A stretch of DNA of 26,734 nt from the IMG/VR virus record IMGVR_UViG_3300042291_000167, positions 1-26,734 of that record, one strand, 5' to 3'. This DNA comes from a virus. Lineage: Duplodnaviria > Caudoviricetes. Below are positions 1-11,300 of the stretch, one piece after another (positions within the stretch are counted from its first letter, which is position 1; each line of letters begins with the position of its first letter). The translations under genes were made by a program, and so were the position numbers. The notes under the pieces are model-generated. The model saw nothing but the letters and a program-made list of their open reading frames with translations, searched no databases and was not told where the DNA came from.

Positions 1-360
1 ATTACTTGTAGTAGAACTTTGTGTGGCAGCATTTCTTCTATTTGTATAAATTGTTGTTAAGTTTGTAGGAATGGCAGACAAATATGTAATTGTGCCACCT
101 GCAACAGGTGCTGTTACACTGGTAATATTTGATCCTTGGTGTGTTGCGGCACTTGCTGTTCTATTAACTAAGTTAGCCCATTGAGAGGCAAGAACAAGAT
201 CACCAGCCGCAACGTTTGCTTGAGCAGTTTGACCGTAACCTGCCGCGCCTGAGCCAGTAGCCCATGTCGCATTTAATGTGTTAGCAGTTGCTGTGGGATT
301 ACCACCTACTAACGTGTTGAAGTCAGTTGCCTGAATTAATCCAAATTGTGCGTAGCTCAT
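1..360 (-). CDS. Putative virion/tail structural protein, 3'-truncated by the window edge (not in the ORF track)
   Basis: ATG at 360-358, preceded by AAGGA and lying 9 nt after the upstream stop. The frame is open for 120 codons to base 1: MSYAQFGLIQATDFNTLVGG...GSGAAGYGQT...SQWANLVNRTASAATHQG. Its Thr/Ala/Gly/Asn-rich composition matches the neighbouring genes. Function is inferred from context. Confidence 0.85.
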   Translation of the reverse strand, partial: MSYAQFGLIQATDFNTLVGGNPTATANTLNATWATGSGAAGYGQTAQANVAAGDLVLASQWANLVNRTASAATHQGSNITSVTAPVAGGTITYLSAIPTNLTTIYTNRRNAATQSSTTSN

Positions 361-369
361 CTTTTATCC

Positions 370-1566
370 TTAATTTATTTTAACAAAGGCTTCTATGGCC
401 CCTAATTCGTCTGTTGTTTTATTCTCTAAAGCACGACCAATAATGTTGAAAGCTGTAGCTTCACCCGGTAGTGCCGCACGTGCTACACCTTTACCAGCAG
501 ACACTAGACGTTGACCTTTACGAATTTTTCCTATTATTTTAACCTGAACACGACCACCAACAGCGATAGGAGGATGTGTTTCATCTGTGCCGGCAGCACC
601 GTTCATAATATATCCAGCAGTTGCAGAAACTACACCAAATACATCATCACTTAATTCATATTGAACAGCAGTAATTTCTTTGTCACCACCCAATTCAACA
701 ACTGTACCGGCATCATAGTATGTATCGGCTTCGAAACGTTCTGCTAAGTCAGCATATGTTGATTGTAGTCTTGATCCAGTAGATAATGTCCAGTTTCCAG
801 TCAATGTGCCTGCTGTTGTGTTAGCACCAGTTGTAATCGTAGTAGCTTGAGTTTGTACAGTTAATATATTACCACCGTATGTTGGTAAGTATGCGGCTAC
901 GTTGCTGTTATTATATGTACCTGCAAACGAGATAGGAGTTCCGTTTGCATAGTAATAATTGTCTGTTTTGATACCAGTTGAAGCAACGATGTTACCGTTG
1001 GTAACAATCAATGAGTTACCTGAACTACCGCCATTTGCTGTCCAAGTACCAGTTAAAGTACCGGCTGTTGTATTAGCACCAGCAGATATTACGGTAGTAT
1101 TAAGAGTTGAAATATTACCAGTAGTGATATTACCTGTAGCAATATTGGCATTTGCACTAACAGATATGTTTGTAAATACTCCACTTGCACCAGTAATGGT
1201 GTTTGTTGCAGTAATATTATTAGCTTGTAAATTCCCGGTTACTGTAACAGCACCAAACGTTGTTGTTCCACCGGATGCAGTAGAAGTTAATGCTAACCAA
1301 GCATTTGCGTTACTAGTTCCGTCTGCTGGACAAACATACAACGTATTAGCGTTTGTATCAAACCATAATTGACCTCGCAAGGGGTTTGACGGAGGGGTAG
1401 TATCCGCAAAATTTTCCATCATATGCACAAAGTTAGTGTCTAGTGTTTGACCATAACCTGCATAATTTCTACCCGGTAAACCCAGTGAGGTACTTGTAGT
1501 ATTAATAGTACCGTCAGCAATGGTCGTTAGTACGGTACCATCACTTTTTACAATTGTATATGCCAT
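370..1566 (-). CDS. Short tail fibre/appendage protein with C-terminal peptidase-G2-like intramolecular chaperone (398 aa)
   Basis: GGAG Shine-Dalgarno at 1576-1579. The N-terminus (ENFA..PPSNPLRGQLWFD) resembles baseplate-anchoring segments of large-phage fibres. The middle is G/N/T-rich beta-repeat shaft (GNITTGNIST). The C-terminal ~128 aa (YADLAERF..GTVV..VFGVVS..GRVQVK..G.RLVS..IIGRALE) match the Peptidase_G2 autocleaving chaperone pattern as I recall it. Confidence 0.75.
   Translation of the reverse strand: MAYTIVKSDGTVLTTIADGTINTTSTSLGLPGRNYAGYGQTLDTNFVHMMENFADTTPPSNPLRGQLWFDTNANTLYVCPADGTSNANAWLALTSTASGGTTTFGAVTVTGNLQANNITATNTITGASGVFTNISVSANANIATGNITTGNISTLNTTVISAGANTTAGTLTGTWTANGGSSGNSLIVTNGNIVASTGIKTDNYYYANGTPISFAGTYNNSNVAAYLPTYGGNILTVQTQATTITTGANTTAGTLTGNWTLSTGSRLQSTYADLAERFEADTYYDAGTVVELGGDKEITAVQYELSDDVFGVVSATAGYIMNGAAGTDETHPPIAVGGRVQVKIIGKIRKGQRLVSAGKGVARAALPGEATAFNIIGRALENKTTDELGAIEAFVKIN
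787..1080 (-). repeat. Internal 14-aa duplication GANTTAGTLTG(T/N)WT in the fibre shaft (copies at 1039-1080 and 787-828)
   Basis: 13 of 14 residues are identical between copies. DNA differences fall mostly at synonymous positions. Confidence 0.85.
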
Positions 1567-1588
1567 TTTAAATCACTCCGATATTCAT

Positions 1589-1596
1589 TATTTATC
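1589..1596 (-). promoter_or_regulatory. T4-late-promoter-like box GATAAATA
   Basis: Directly follows the TAA of the 206-aa gene and ends 22 nt before the ATG at 1566. One mismatch to the T4 gp55 consensus TATAAATA. Confidence 0.65.
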
Positions 1597-2217
1597 TTAA
1601 ATCGTTACTAAGTTAGTCAGGCTTTGAATTCTAACTGTGTAATCTATTTGTATTTGTCTATTTAAACTCTTTTGGACAGGGTGAAAGATTACATGTGTTA
1701 AAAGTCGTGTAATTACATTTCCGTCGCTGTCTGTTCCATAGTTTGCTAATAGTCCCAATTCATCAAAAATATAACTTGAATCTGTTTGGGTGCTGTTGTC
1801 GAATGCATTTTGTCCCGCTGGTTCGCCATAATCTAGTAAACATTGTACTAAAATGTCTGTATAGACACGACCAGTAGTGTGTGAAACAGTCATTTTATTG
1901 CGAGTTGGGTCTAAGTTAAAAACACTCGTATCGTCAACGATTTTAGCGTAGGTCTGATTGTACAGGGCGGCATTTTGACCAGTAGTATTTGGGGGTAGAT
2001 ATGTGATAATACCTGTTTCATCTACACTTGCACCACCGTTCCCAAACGCCATTTGATAGATTTCACCGTAACCTCGGCTGCTTAATGTGTCAGCAATAGC
2101 TTCTGACATATTTTCGTAGTTAATAGCATTGTGTTTGTCTACAAAAACTTCCCCGTTATTTGGGTCGTGTATTTTTAGAAAACCTTCTACTTTATATGAT
2201 AATGTAATTACTGACAT
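1597..2217 (-). CDS. Putative baseplate/tail-fibre attachment virion protein (206 aa)
   Basis: Clean ORF whose ATG overlaps the upstream TAA (TAATG). Motifs KHNAI, MAFGNGG, YIFDELGL and LLTHVIF..K....I.IDY.V.I resemble the beta-sandwich of phage tail-collar/fibre-attachment proteins. It lies between baseplate and fibre genes. Confidence 0.6.
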   Translation of the reverse strand: MSVITLSYKVEGFLKIHDPNNGEVFVDKHNAINYENMSEAIADTLSSRGYGEIYQMAFGNGGASVDETGIITYLPPNTTGQNAALYNQTYAKIVDDTSVFNLDPTRNKMTVSHTTGRVYTDILVQCLLDYGEPAGQNAFDNSTQTDSSYIFDELGLLANYGTDSDGNVITRLLTHVIFHPVQKSLNRQIQIDYTVRIQSLTNLVTI

Positions 2218-2366
2218 TAGTTGTCGCCTCTAGTTTGTACTAATACTTCTTTTGTGTTAGGGTCTGTTATTTTTAGGTGTGAGCTAAAATAAAACCCGCC
2301 AGTTTCGTTGGGTTTTACAGGAGCCTCTAGAGGCTCTTTTTTATGTTGATCCGTAGTCGTGTTCAT
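2217..2366 (-). CDS. Unannotated 49-aa protein MNTTTDQHKKEPLEAPVKPNETGGFYFSSHLKITDPNTKEVLVQTRGDN
   Basis: ATG at 2366-2364 and TAA at 2219-2217, overlapping the next ATG. It fills almost the whole gap between two genes and has its own GATAAATA box. Its C-terminal half resembles the N-terminus of the downstream protein. Confidence 0.8.
   Translation of the reverse strand: MNTTTDQHKKEPLEAPVKPNETGGFYFSSHLKITDPNTKEVLVQTRGDN
2321..2342 (+). terminator. Candidate plus-strand (antisense) intrinsic terminator
   Basis: Perfect 16-bp palindrome GAGCCTCTAGAGGCTC (2321-2336) followed immediately by TTTTTT (2337-2342) on the + strand. It lies inside the 49-aa ORF, so it could be incidental. Confidence 0.35.
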
Positions 2367-2371
2367 ATATT

Positions 2372-2379
2372 TATTTATC
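2372..2379 (-). promoter_or_regulatory. T4-late-promoter-like box GATAAATA
   Basis: Starts 2 nt after the stop of the giant gene and ends only 5 nt before the ATG at 2366. Confidence 0.6.
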
Positions 2380-2381
2380 TT

Positions 2382-5300
2382 TTAGGAAACATCCTCTCGC
2401 AAGAAATCTGCTCCATTAGTAACACTTATCTGTAAAGGATCACCGTCAGTTGTGTTGTAAATGTCGCTGTTCCATGTTTCAAAATAATCAGCTTGAATTA
2501 GTCTATTTTCTGACAATGTACCGTATACTTCTGAATATTCTGGGATGAACGTCTGTTCACCTGTACCATTAGCTCCACGCTGTATGTTAGATAAAGAATT
2601 TAACACAAAGTCAACCTCACTAAATCTAATCTGTTCTCCGTTAACATATATAACATTACCTTCAATAGTTGTTATAGTTAATGAATTCCCTACAGATACA
2701 CCTGAAGTGATCTTCAATACGGGTGCAATATTCTCTACAACTACACTATAAGCAGAAGAACTCAATGTTGTACTTGTTGTATTGTTATAAATAATTACCT
2801 GACAAATAATACGCTTATCAGCAGTTAATCCAATAGTTGTTACCCCGTCTATTGCGGCCGGGCTAGTAACGTTTTGGACTATCTGATTAGTTAATCTAGT
2901 AACATCATTGACATAGATAGTTTGATTAGTATCAAATAAGTCACTAGTTAACCAAGTACGTGTCTCTGTATTTGCTCTGTATACAGATGCGATACCACTC
3001 TTGGTTACGTTGTTGATATAAACTTCTTCGTTTGGAGTTGCTGTTGGCATCATACTTGTAATAATAATTATGTCTCCGGGAACAATTGTAGTAAGAATAC
3101 TCAAATTGTTATCTGCGTTTATTACCAATGAACTAGACGGTACTCTGTATCCGTTAACAGTAACCCAAAGTCTATCTACATTAACTTGCTCCCACTGAGT
3201 TACGCCCATAGTACCTGTATCATTAATCTGTACAAATTCACTTCCACCGCGTGTGGCAGATATAGTAAATTGAGTACTAGAAGCAATTGATTTTACATAG
3301 TAAGTTGTGTTAGCAACTAAATTACCAATGTTACTACCAGTGAATATGACAGGTGTCCCTTCAACCAATTCGCTTGTGCTATCTACACGAATTCTATTTG
3401 TAGATGCAAATGTTTCTCTAGCAATAGTAGTTGTCAATGTGAATGATTGATTCAACCAAATATAACCACCACCTGTATATGTAGATACAGAAACTACCGG
3501 GCTATTTACATAACCATATGCAGGATCATATGTTGCGTTATACAAGTCAACTTGTGTATCACTTACAACTTTAACATAATATGTATTGTTGTTTAATTGT
3601 GTAGAACCAGTAGTTCCGTCAATTCTTACAATATTGTTGGTAGCCAAATTATGCGGTACACCTGTAGTAACACGTACTGCTTCTAAGCCACCGACATATG
3701 CAATTAATGTCCCTGATACTGTGCCAGCATCTACTATGAATGCACTTCCACCCGGGGTTTCACTGATAGTAAAATCAGTTCCATCAATAATACTTTCAAC
3801 GTAATAATAATTACCATTTACAATATCACCTATAGTACTACCTGCTGATTTGAAAATTATAGTTTGACCTAATACAAATCCTGCAGTCGATGTTCCTGTA
3901 ATCACTGTACCTGTTGCTGAAGTTACTATAGTTGATGCGATAGGGGGTGCTATTGCATTATCAATTGCAACAATATTGGAAACTGACGGTGGATTAGTAA
4001 TACCTGTCATTGACCCGAAAGTTGTTGTCAATGTCACGGGTTCTCCACCTAAAGTCTCAGATACTGCAAACTCAGTTGAACTTAGAATAGCTACTACATA
4101 ATAAATCTGGTTTGCAGTAATTCCACCTATAGTAGGAGCATTGAATATAATAGCATCATTAATATTTAATGACGATGTTGAGCCTGAACCTAATGTCAAG
4201 TAGTCCGGGCCAGGACTAAACAATCCGGTACCGGCAGTTCCTGTACCAGAGCCTATTCCAGTTGCGGTAAACATTGTTCCAACATTGTTATCAATAGCAC
4301 CAATTAATGTAAAGTTTGTAGTACCGGCAGTTAATATTTCATAAGTCGCACCAATTACAAACGATCCAGCAGTAACAGTTAACCCACCATCCCAACCAAT
4401 TGCCGCTGTGCCTGTACCGGATCCATTACCTGTTGCTGTAAAAATCACACCCACTGTATTACTTGATGCTCCAATTAAAGTGAAATCTGTAGTACCTACA
4501 GATTCGATAACGTACTCAACTCCTATTACAAACGATCCGGCAGTAATAACAGCATCATAACCCGGCTGATGTGTGGCATCGCTGATTGTTAGGCTGGTAG
4601 TTATTGATCCAGAGAAGCTTCCACCATAACTAGTGTGTAGATATTGTCTTTCTGTTAAGTTATAAGTTGTAACAGCGATTGTATCACCTGAACTAGGAGA
4701 GAATGTTAATGTTAACACACCAGTCATAGTATTAATTGTGTAATCTGATACATCAACTAATCGTAAACCATTGTGTTCAACTACAGCATTTTCTGAGTTG
4801 TCTCCGCTATAATAGTTGGATAGAGTAAACGATGTTACTGGGCTAGCTGGTACTAAGAATACTTCAGTTTCTGGTATAGTGTAACCATACTGTTCCGGTT
4901 GTGTTTCTCCAAACACAGTATAAACCAAATAGTCATCTGCATCATTGTATTGTGCAGAGAATATTATCTTAGCTGTGATTGAATTAGTTACTTGACCAAA
5001 TGCATAATCATTTGTGACTGCTAACGCACCACCGTTATCATCAGTCAATGTTACTACTGCACCACCTTGTGTGGTTGAAACAGTGAATTCATTACCATCT
5101 ACAACTGAAAGAACATAATAAGTTGTCTGTGGTGTTAGCCCACCTATCATTGTATCACTGAACGTAATACGGTCATTGACTGCTATACCACCTGTACTAT
5201 TACAAACTACTGTATTAGTAGAACTCTTAGTTTGTGATACTTGTGTAAGTGTACCAAATATTAATTTGTCACCATTGTGATATGTAATTGGATCACTCCA

Positions 5301-8300
5301 TACTGTACCTGATCCAACTTGAATAATCAAGTCCATTGATCCAATGTCAGATGTTAACTGTAGTGTGGGGCCCGCAACACCCAATGTAATAGAATCACTA
5401 ATTGTAATTGTATTTGTTATGTTACTTATAGTTTTTACATAATAAGGAGTGTCAACTACCACGCCACCAAACAAATCACCTTGAAATGTGATTTGTTGAT
5501 TAATAGTTAATGTACTTACATCAACACATAGCATACTGTCGCTAGTACCATCAGTTGCAGTTACTACTGTTTGTAATGGTTCTGTACCTTGACGAATTAC
5601 ACCTGAACCACTTGTTCGTGTACCTGAGTAATTACAACTTAGATAAATTTCATTGAATCCGGTAATATCATTAATACGAATTGGATCAGTCTGTGAATTA
5701 GATTTCACTAATTGGTCACCGTTACCTACTTCATATACGTCAATTCGTAAAGAATCACCTAAGGGTAGAGGACTATTTAATTCTACTATCTTGTTAATCC
5801 AGTTTGAACTATTGTTTGCTGTATAGTCATAACCATCATATAGTCTTGTTCCCAATCCAGTTATGCCGTCAATCTGCCATACTGCAATTTGCGCAGGTAT
5901 CTGAACAAGATTGTCAAAGCTAAATGTTGTTTGTGTGCCTGATTCAGGAACAATCTCAATAGATACAACGTTGTATCCTACATGTTGATACTCAGTTGCA
6001 TCCCAGTTTGTACCTGGACGTGTTGTAACAATCATAGTTAAATTGTCAGTCACAACACCTGGTACCATCTCTTCTGGACCGTAACCTGATAAGAAAGGAT
6101 CACCTTGAACATTGTATACAGTTGGATCAGTTAAGAATACACTTGAACTTTCCCATGTTGAACCGTTATCAGTGCTTTGTAGAATTACATTATTATCACC
6201 TACTACGATCCAAACAGTATCGTCTGTGTTATAATTGACACCGTTTAGGTGTTGAGTTGTACCTGATGTTACAGATGTCCATGTAAATGCATCAGTACTA
6301 GTTTTAATAGTACCGGTATCACCTACAGCAATGAATATACCATTAGCATAATGAACATCATTCAACGTTGCTGTTCTAGGATACAAATACATGTATGTTG
6401 TTATTGTAGGGACAACACCGGTTAGTGTCGTACTAGTCAACTGTACTTGTGTAGTTGATGGTATTGCACTAATTGTGTAACTTGTAGACGAACTAATTAC
6501 ACCAAAACTACTAGTGAATCGTACAGTATCACCAACTTGGAATCCAGCAGTACTTGGAACAATTATTTCATTAGATGATCCATTGACGCTTACAATCACT
6601 GCTTCGTTTACACCCAACCAATTAACACCATTTTGAGATGTGTATATAATACCATCTTCACCAACGGTTACTAATTGAGTTGAGCTTGCAGTTACAGCAT
6701 TAAATCCTTTAGTAGACAATGTGTTTAGTGTAGACCAAATAGTTCCATTTGTACTAGTTTTCAATACGTTGACATCAGTAGTAATACCGGAAACATCATT
6801 TTGTCCTTTACCTACTGCAACAAAACCAGTGAAGTTTGTAGTGTTTGCACCTATAACACCATTCAATATATTTGTTAGTCCATTTGTAAATGCATCAGTC
6901 TCTCTCCATACTGTTGCATCTTCAGATGTTACTATATTATTACCAACTGCTACCCACTTGTTATTCAAGTAGCTAACACTGTTTAATAAGGTTGATTCTA
7001 CTACTAACGCTGTTACATCATATGGTATTTCATCATATGGTGCTGAGCCGTAAGGAGTGTAGCTACCATTAGTGCTCCAGACTATTCCGTTAGGGCTAGT
7101 GTATATTGGAGTAGCTGAATTTGTAGTTGTTATTACATATGTACCATCTGCATATACAATGTCTGTCACACCAACTGGTTGATTAGAAATATTATCAATA
7201 ACCCAGTCTGTGTTATCTGGACTTGCAATCACTGCTGAATATTCAGGGCTATTTGCGGCTCCAATATAGCCGGCTCCATCCCATACAATAGATACTGTAT
7301 CTATCTCTGTTGGATAGAAAGGTTGATCTTGCAATATAGTATCTAATTCATATTCATCATCTGGTGCAAATGCATTACCGTAGTATGTAGGATTAGGATA
7401 TGTTATGCCATTTACTAACTGAGTTAGGTCTAGACCCGGCATATTTACAGTAGGTTGATAATAACCAACGATTCTATCAAGCGCATTCAATTCACGTGAA
7501 CCACTGTCTAATACTTCCCATTTACCAAATATAAAATCAGTATCATTATTAGAGACAACACACTGATATACCTTGTTATTGTACTTAACTATGCTTTGAT
7601 TGAAGAAGAATGGTTCTGGTAACAATGCATAATCACCTGACTTGGCCATGTACATTGTACCGGTATCAGTTGTTAAATTAACAGCGGTGCCACCTATTGT
7701 TTCAGAGACAGTTACTGTAGTGGGCGTTACAGACAAGATATAATATACTTGACCAACTGTCAACCCGCCAAACACTGACCCAGTAAAAACAACTGGATCA
7801 TTGACAGCAAAGTTAGTAGAACTTATTACTGTGACACTGTCCGTGCCGCCTCCTGTAGTAGCGGTTGCAGTTGTAGAACGAATTCCAATATACGTGAAAT
7901 CATCGTATGCTACTGGTATTTGTAATAGTGAATCACTATATACTTGACATTGATTTGCTGAGATAACTTTTAAATAGTATTCTGTATTTGTTCCAGCTGG
8001 GGTACCTGAGCATATTAGTGATACTAATTCTCCATTTGTACCAATCGTGTTAACTGTCATTGTTAAATCGTTAACACCATCTGTTCCACCCAATTCACTA
8101 CCGTTAATAGTTATTATATTGTCTATTGCATAGCCTGAACTATCATTCGTAACGATTACACGATATCCACCTAAAATAGAACTTACGTCAAATGTAGCCG
8201 GATCAGCTCCTGTTGGATCAGGAACTTGTGTCAAGTTTGTTTCACCTGCAGTTACCGTAGTTAGTGCAATTGGTGTTCCACCTAAGGTTGTTGCAACTTT

Positions 8301-11300
8301 AATGTAAGTTTCACCCAATGCATTCATTGAACCACTGTCCGAAGTTAAATCTACTTCTGTACCAGTTGGTGTTTCTGCGATTTTGAATGATGTACCACTA
8401 GCAATAGATTGTACATAATATTGGAAGTCTAGTTGTGTACCACCTAACGATGTACCATCAAATACTATTGGCATGCCTACGTAGAATCCGGCAGTGCTAG
8501 TACATATCAATGCATTACCCGCAGTAGTAGATGTAACTGTAGTTTCAATAGAATCTGCTTCAGTAACATAATACACTGTGCCAGCAGTTAGCCCACCATA
8601 AGTAGTATCGACTTCTATTGGCATATTAACATATATGTTGGTTAATCCACCGCTAGTATATGTTAAGAATGCCCATCCGCCGGTGCCTACAGTAGTTTCT
8701 GTAACTGTCGCAGGTATAACTCTTTCTATCAAGTTACTATTTGTATATGCAGGGTCATTAATTTGAGCTGATGTTGGGTAGAATGTAAACTGTTGACCAT
8801 TAATTTGTCCAGGACTTACTGGCAAGCCAACATTCATTGTCATACTTCCGGTAGCTGTTGTTAGTGTTACTGTATCTGTTTGGTCTGTAACAGTACCTGT
8901 TAGTGTAGCAGTACCTGGATCAATCTCCCCGCTATTAATATTAGTAGAAACTTTAAACTGTGTACCACTGAATACTGATTGTACATAATATGTAGTACCT
9001 TCAACTAAGTTAGTAGTTCCACTAGCAACTGTAAAGTCGGTAAAGATAATAGGATCATTTACTGTCAAGCCCAAAGTACTATTACATGTGACTAAGTTTC
9101 CAGTACTAGTCATGCTAGTTATATTAAGCATTAATGGATCTTGCTCAGTCGAAATTGTGAATGTTTGGTTATCTGCTACAGTAGTTACGTAGTATGTTTC
9201 GTTTTCAACGATTCCACCAAATACATTACCTGTAAAGAATACTGGCAAATTAGTATAGAACTCTGATGTTCCACCTTGACCACTTAATGTTAATGGCACT
9301 GTCAGTTTATTAGTAGTTGCAGTAGTTGCAGTTACTTGTCTTAGACCTGGATAGTTGATATTTACTATTGTTGCAGGATTTACTTGACCAACATATAATA
9401 TTAAACCTGCAACAGAGATCGCTTCTGCATTTAAAGAGAATACGGATCCGCCATCAGTCGCTGAGATTTTAATTTGACTATCATTTGTAACTTCTGCAAC
9501 ATAATATGTCGTACCATTTACTAATCCAGTTGTACCAACTGCACCTTCAAACTTAACAGGCATACCTACGTAGAAACCTATCGTTGGTCCAACTCCAGCT
9601 AAGCCTTGAGTAGTACCACCAGTAGATTCTATAATCGTAATCTTATTGTCTGCTACAGTTGCAGTGACATTTCGAGTACGTGAAGACCAAGTTAATGATT
9701 CATCATTTGCTACACTATTAATTTCAAATGCGGCGCCGGCTGCACTAGCCAATATACTATCTATTGGTGGCTGAGTAGATTGTAGGCTTATAGAAGAACT
9801 TGAAATACTTTCGCTATTGTTGTATAATCCTGCATAGAAACTACCATAGAAAGCACCTGATTCCCAATCTGTTACACGTGATGTGTATGATGTTCTGTCA
9901 AAGCGCAATGTGATTTGGTTTTGTCTGATAGGCACACTGGTTGATACACAACTTGCTCTAGCACTTAAATTTAATTTATTATTAGAACCAGTGCCTTGAT
10001 TGAACAATACAACTCTGCGTTCATCACTTACCGCATCACCGTAATTGGTATACAATGCTACAGTAAACGCCGGAGCAGTTTCTAATACATTGATATAGTA
10101 ATATTGACCGTCGTCTAATCCACCAACTGCGGTAGTATTATCACCCACAACGTACTTAATCAAATCACCTGTTTGTAACAAAGGTGTATCTAGTACTATG
10201 GTATTTGTTAGGGTACTTACTTGAGTAGAATTGAACGATATTGATATAGATGGGTCGATTCTAATTTCAGGTAATACTGGATATCCAGCTCCTGGATCTA
10301 TTACGTTTACTAGTAATACAGAATCCAAATACATTACTGCTTCAAGTTGTGCCGCACGTTTTGGTGGACCGTATAATGTCTCATCATAATATGCAGTAAC
10401 CTTAGGTGGCTCAGTGTAGCCACGACCACCATCTAATAATAACACAGCAGGAAGATCAATAATTAACTGTGCACCCGGTATGTGTTGTGTGATACTTGTA
10501 CCATCTATACCACGTGTTAACCCACTCAACGTGCTAGTACTACGGTCTACGTTAGAATATGCAATCAACTCATCATCAATTAAAACTACGCCATTGATTG
10601 GGAAACCAAAGCTGTTGTCAACTGTGAATGAATTACTGTTCAACGAAATATATGATGACAATGTAGTTATAGGATAATCATTAACACCAGTGATGCTTAA
10701 TCCAAAATTATTAAACCATTGACTATACGCTTGTGTTTCCCATATAGGATCTATTGGCAAGAATTCATATGCAGAGCTTGGATTTGCATACACTAATTCA
10801 GGTGATACAAATTGTTGTATACTTGAATCATACTGTGCTGGTAAATCAAAGTCAGTTATATCACCGTCATATACATCTTGACCTGTATATTTGAACAAGA
10901 ATTCTTTAATCACCACGTGATAAGGCTTAACTTCATTTAAGTAACCTTGCAAGAAGTCTTGATTATCAGTTTGGAATACTTCAATAGGTAACAATTCACG
11001 AATAGTATGTCCAACATCAATGAATGATGTTTTATTTAACCATGGTAAATAATTTTGACTCTCAATAGTTTCTGTCTGAATATATTCAAATAATAGAATC
11101 AAACTCTTATTTCTATAGATTTGTAATTCTTGTGTATATATTTGCTCATTCAATGCTCGTAGTATGTAGCGAGTTTCTTGACTAGGGAATTCGTCATACG
11201 GTGTGGTGTCAAAGAAATTATCACCAAAGCCTAAACGTGCTTCTTCATAGTCCCAAAGTGTGCTACTAAATTCGATTGTACCATCTTCTAGACCTATGCG

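Noticed and set aside
4233-4544. Diversity-generating retroelement TR/VR pair or CRISPR-like repeat
   Set aside because: Differences are not adenine-specific and many are synonymous. Both copies are in frame within one gene. There is no reverse transcriptase, cas gene or spacer pattern in the window.
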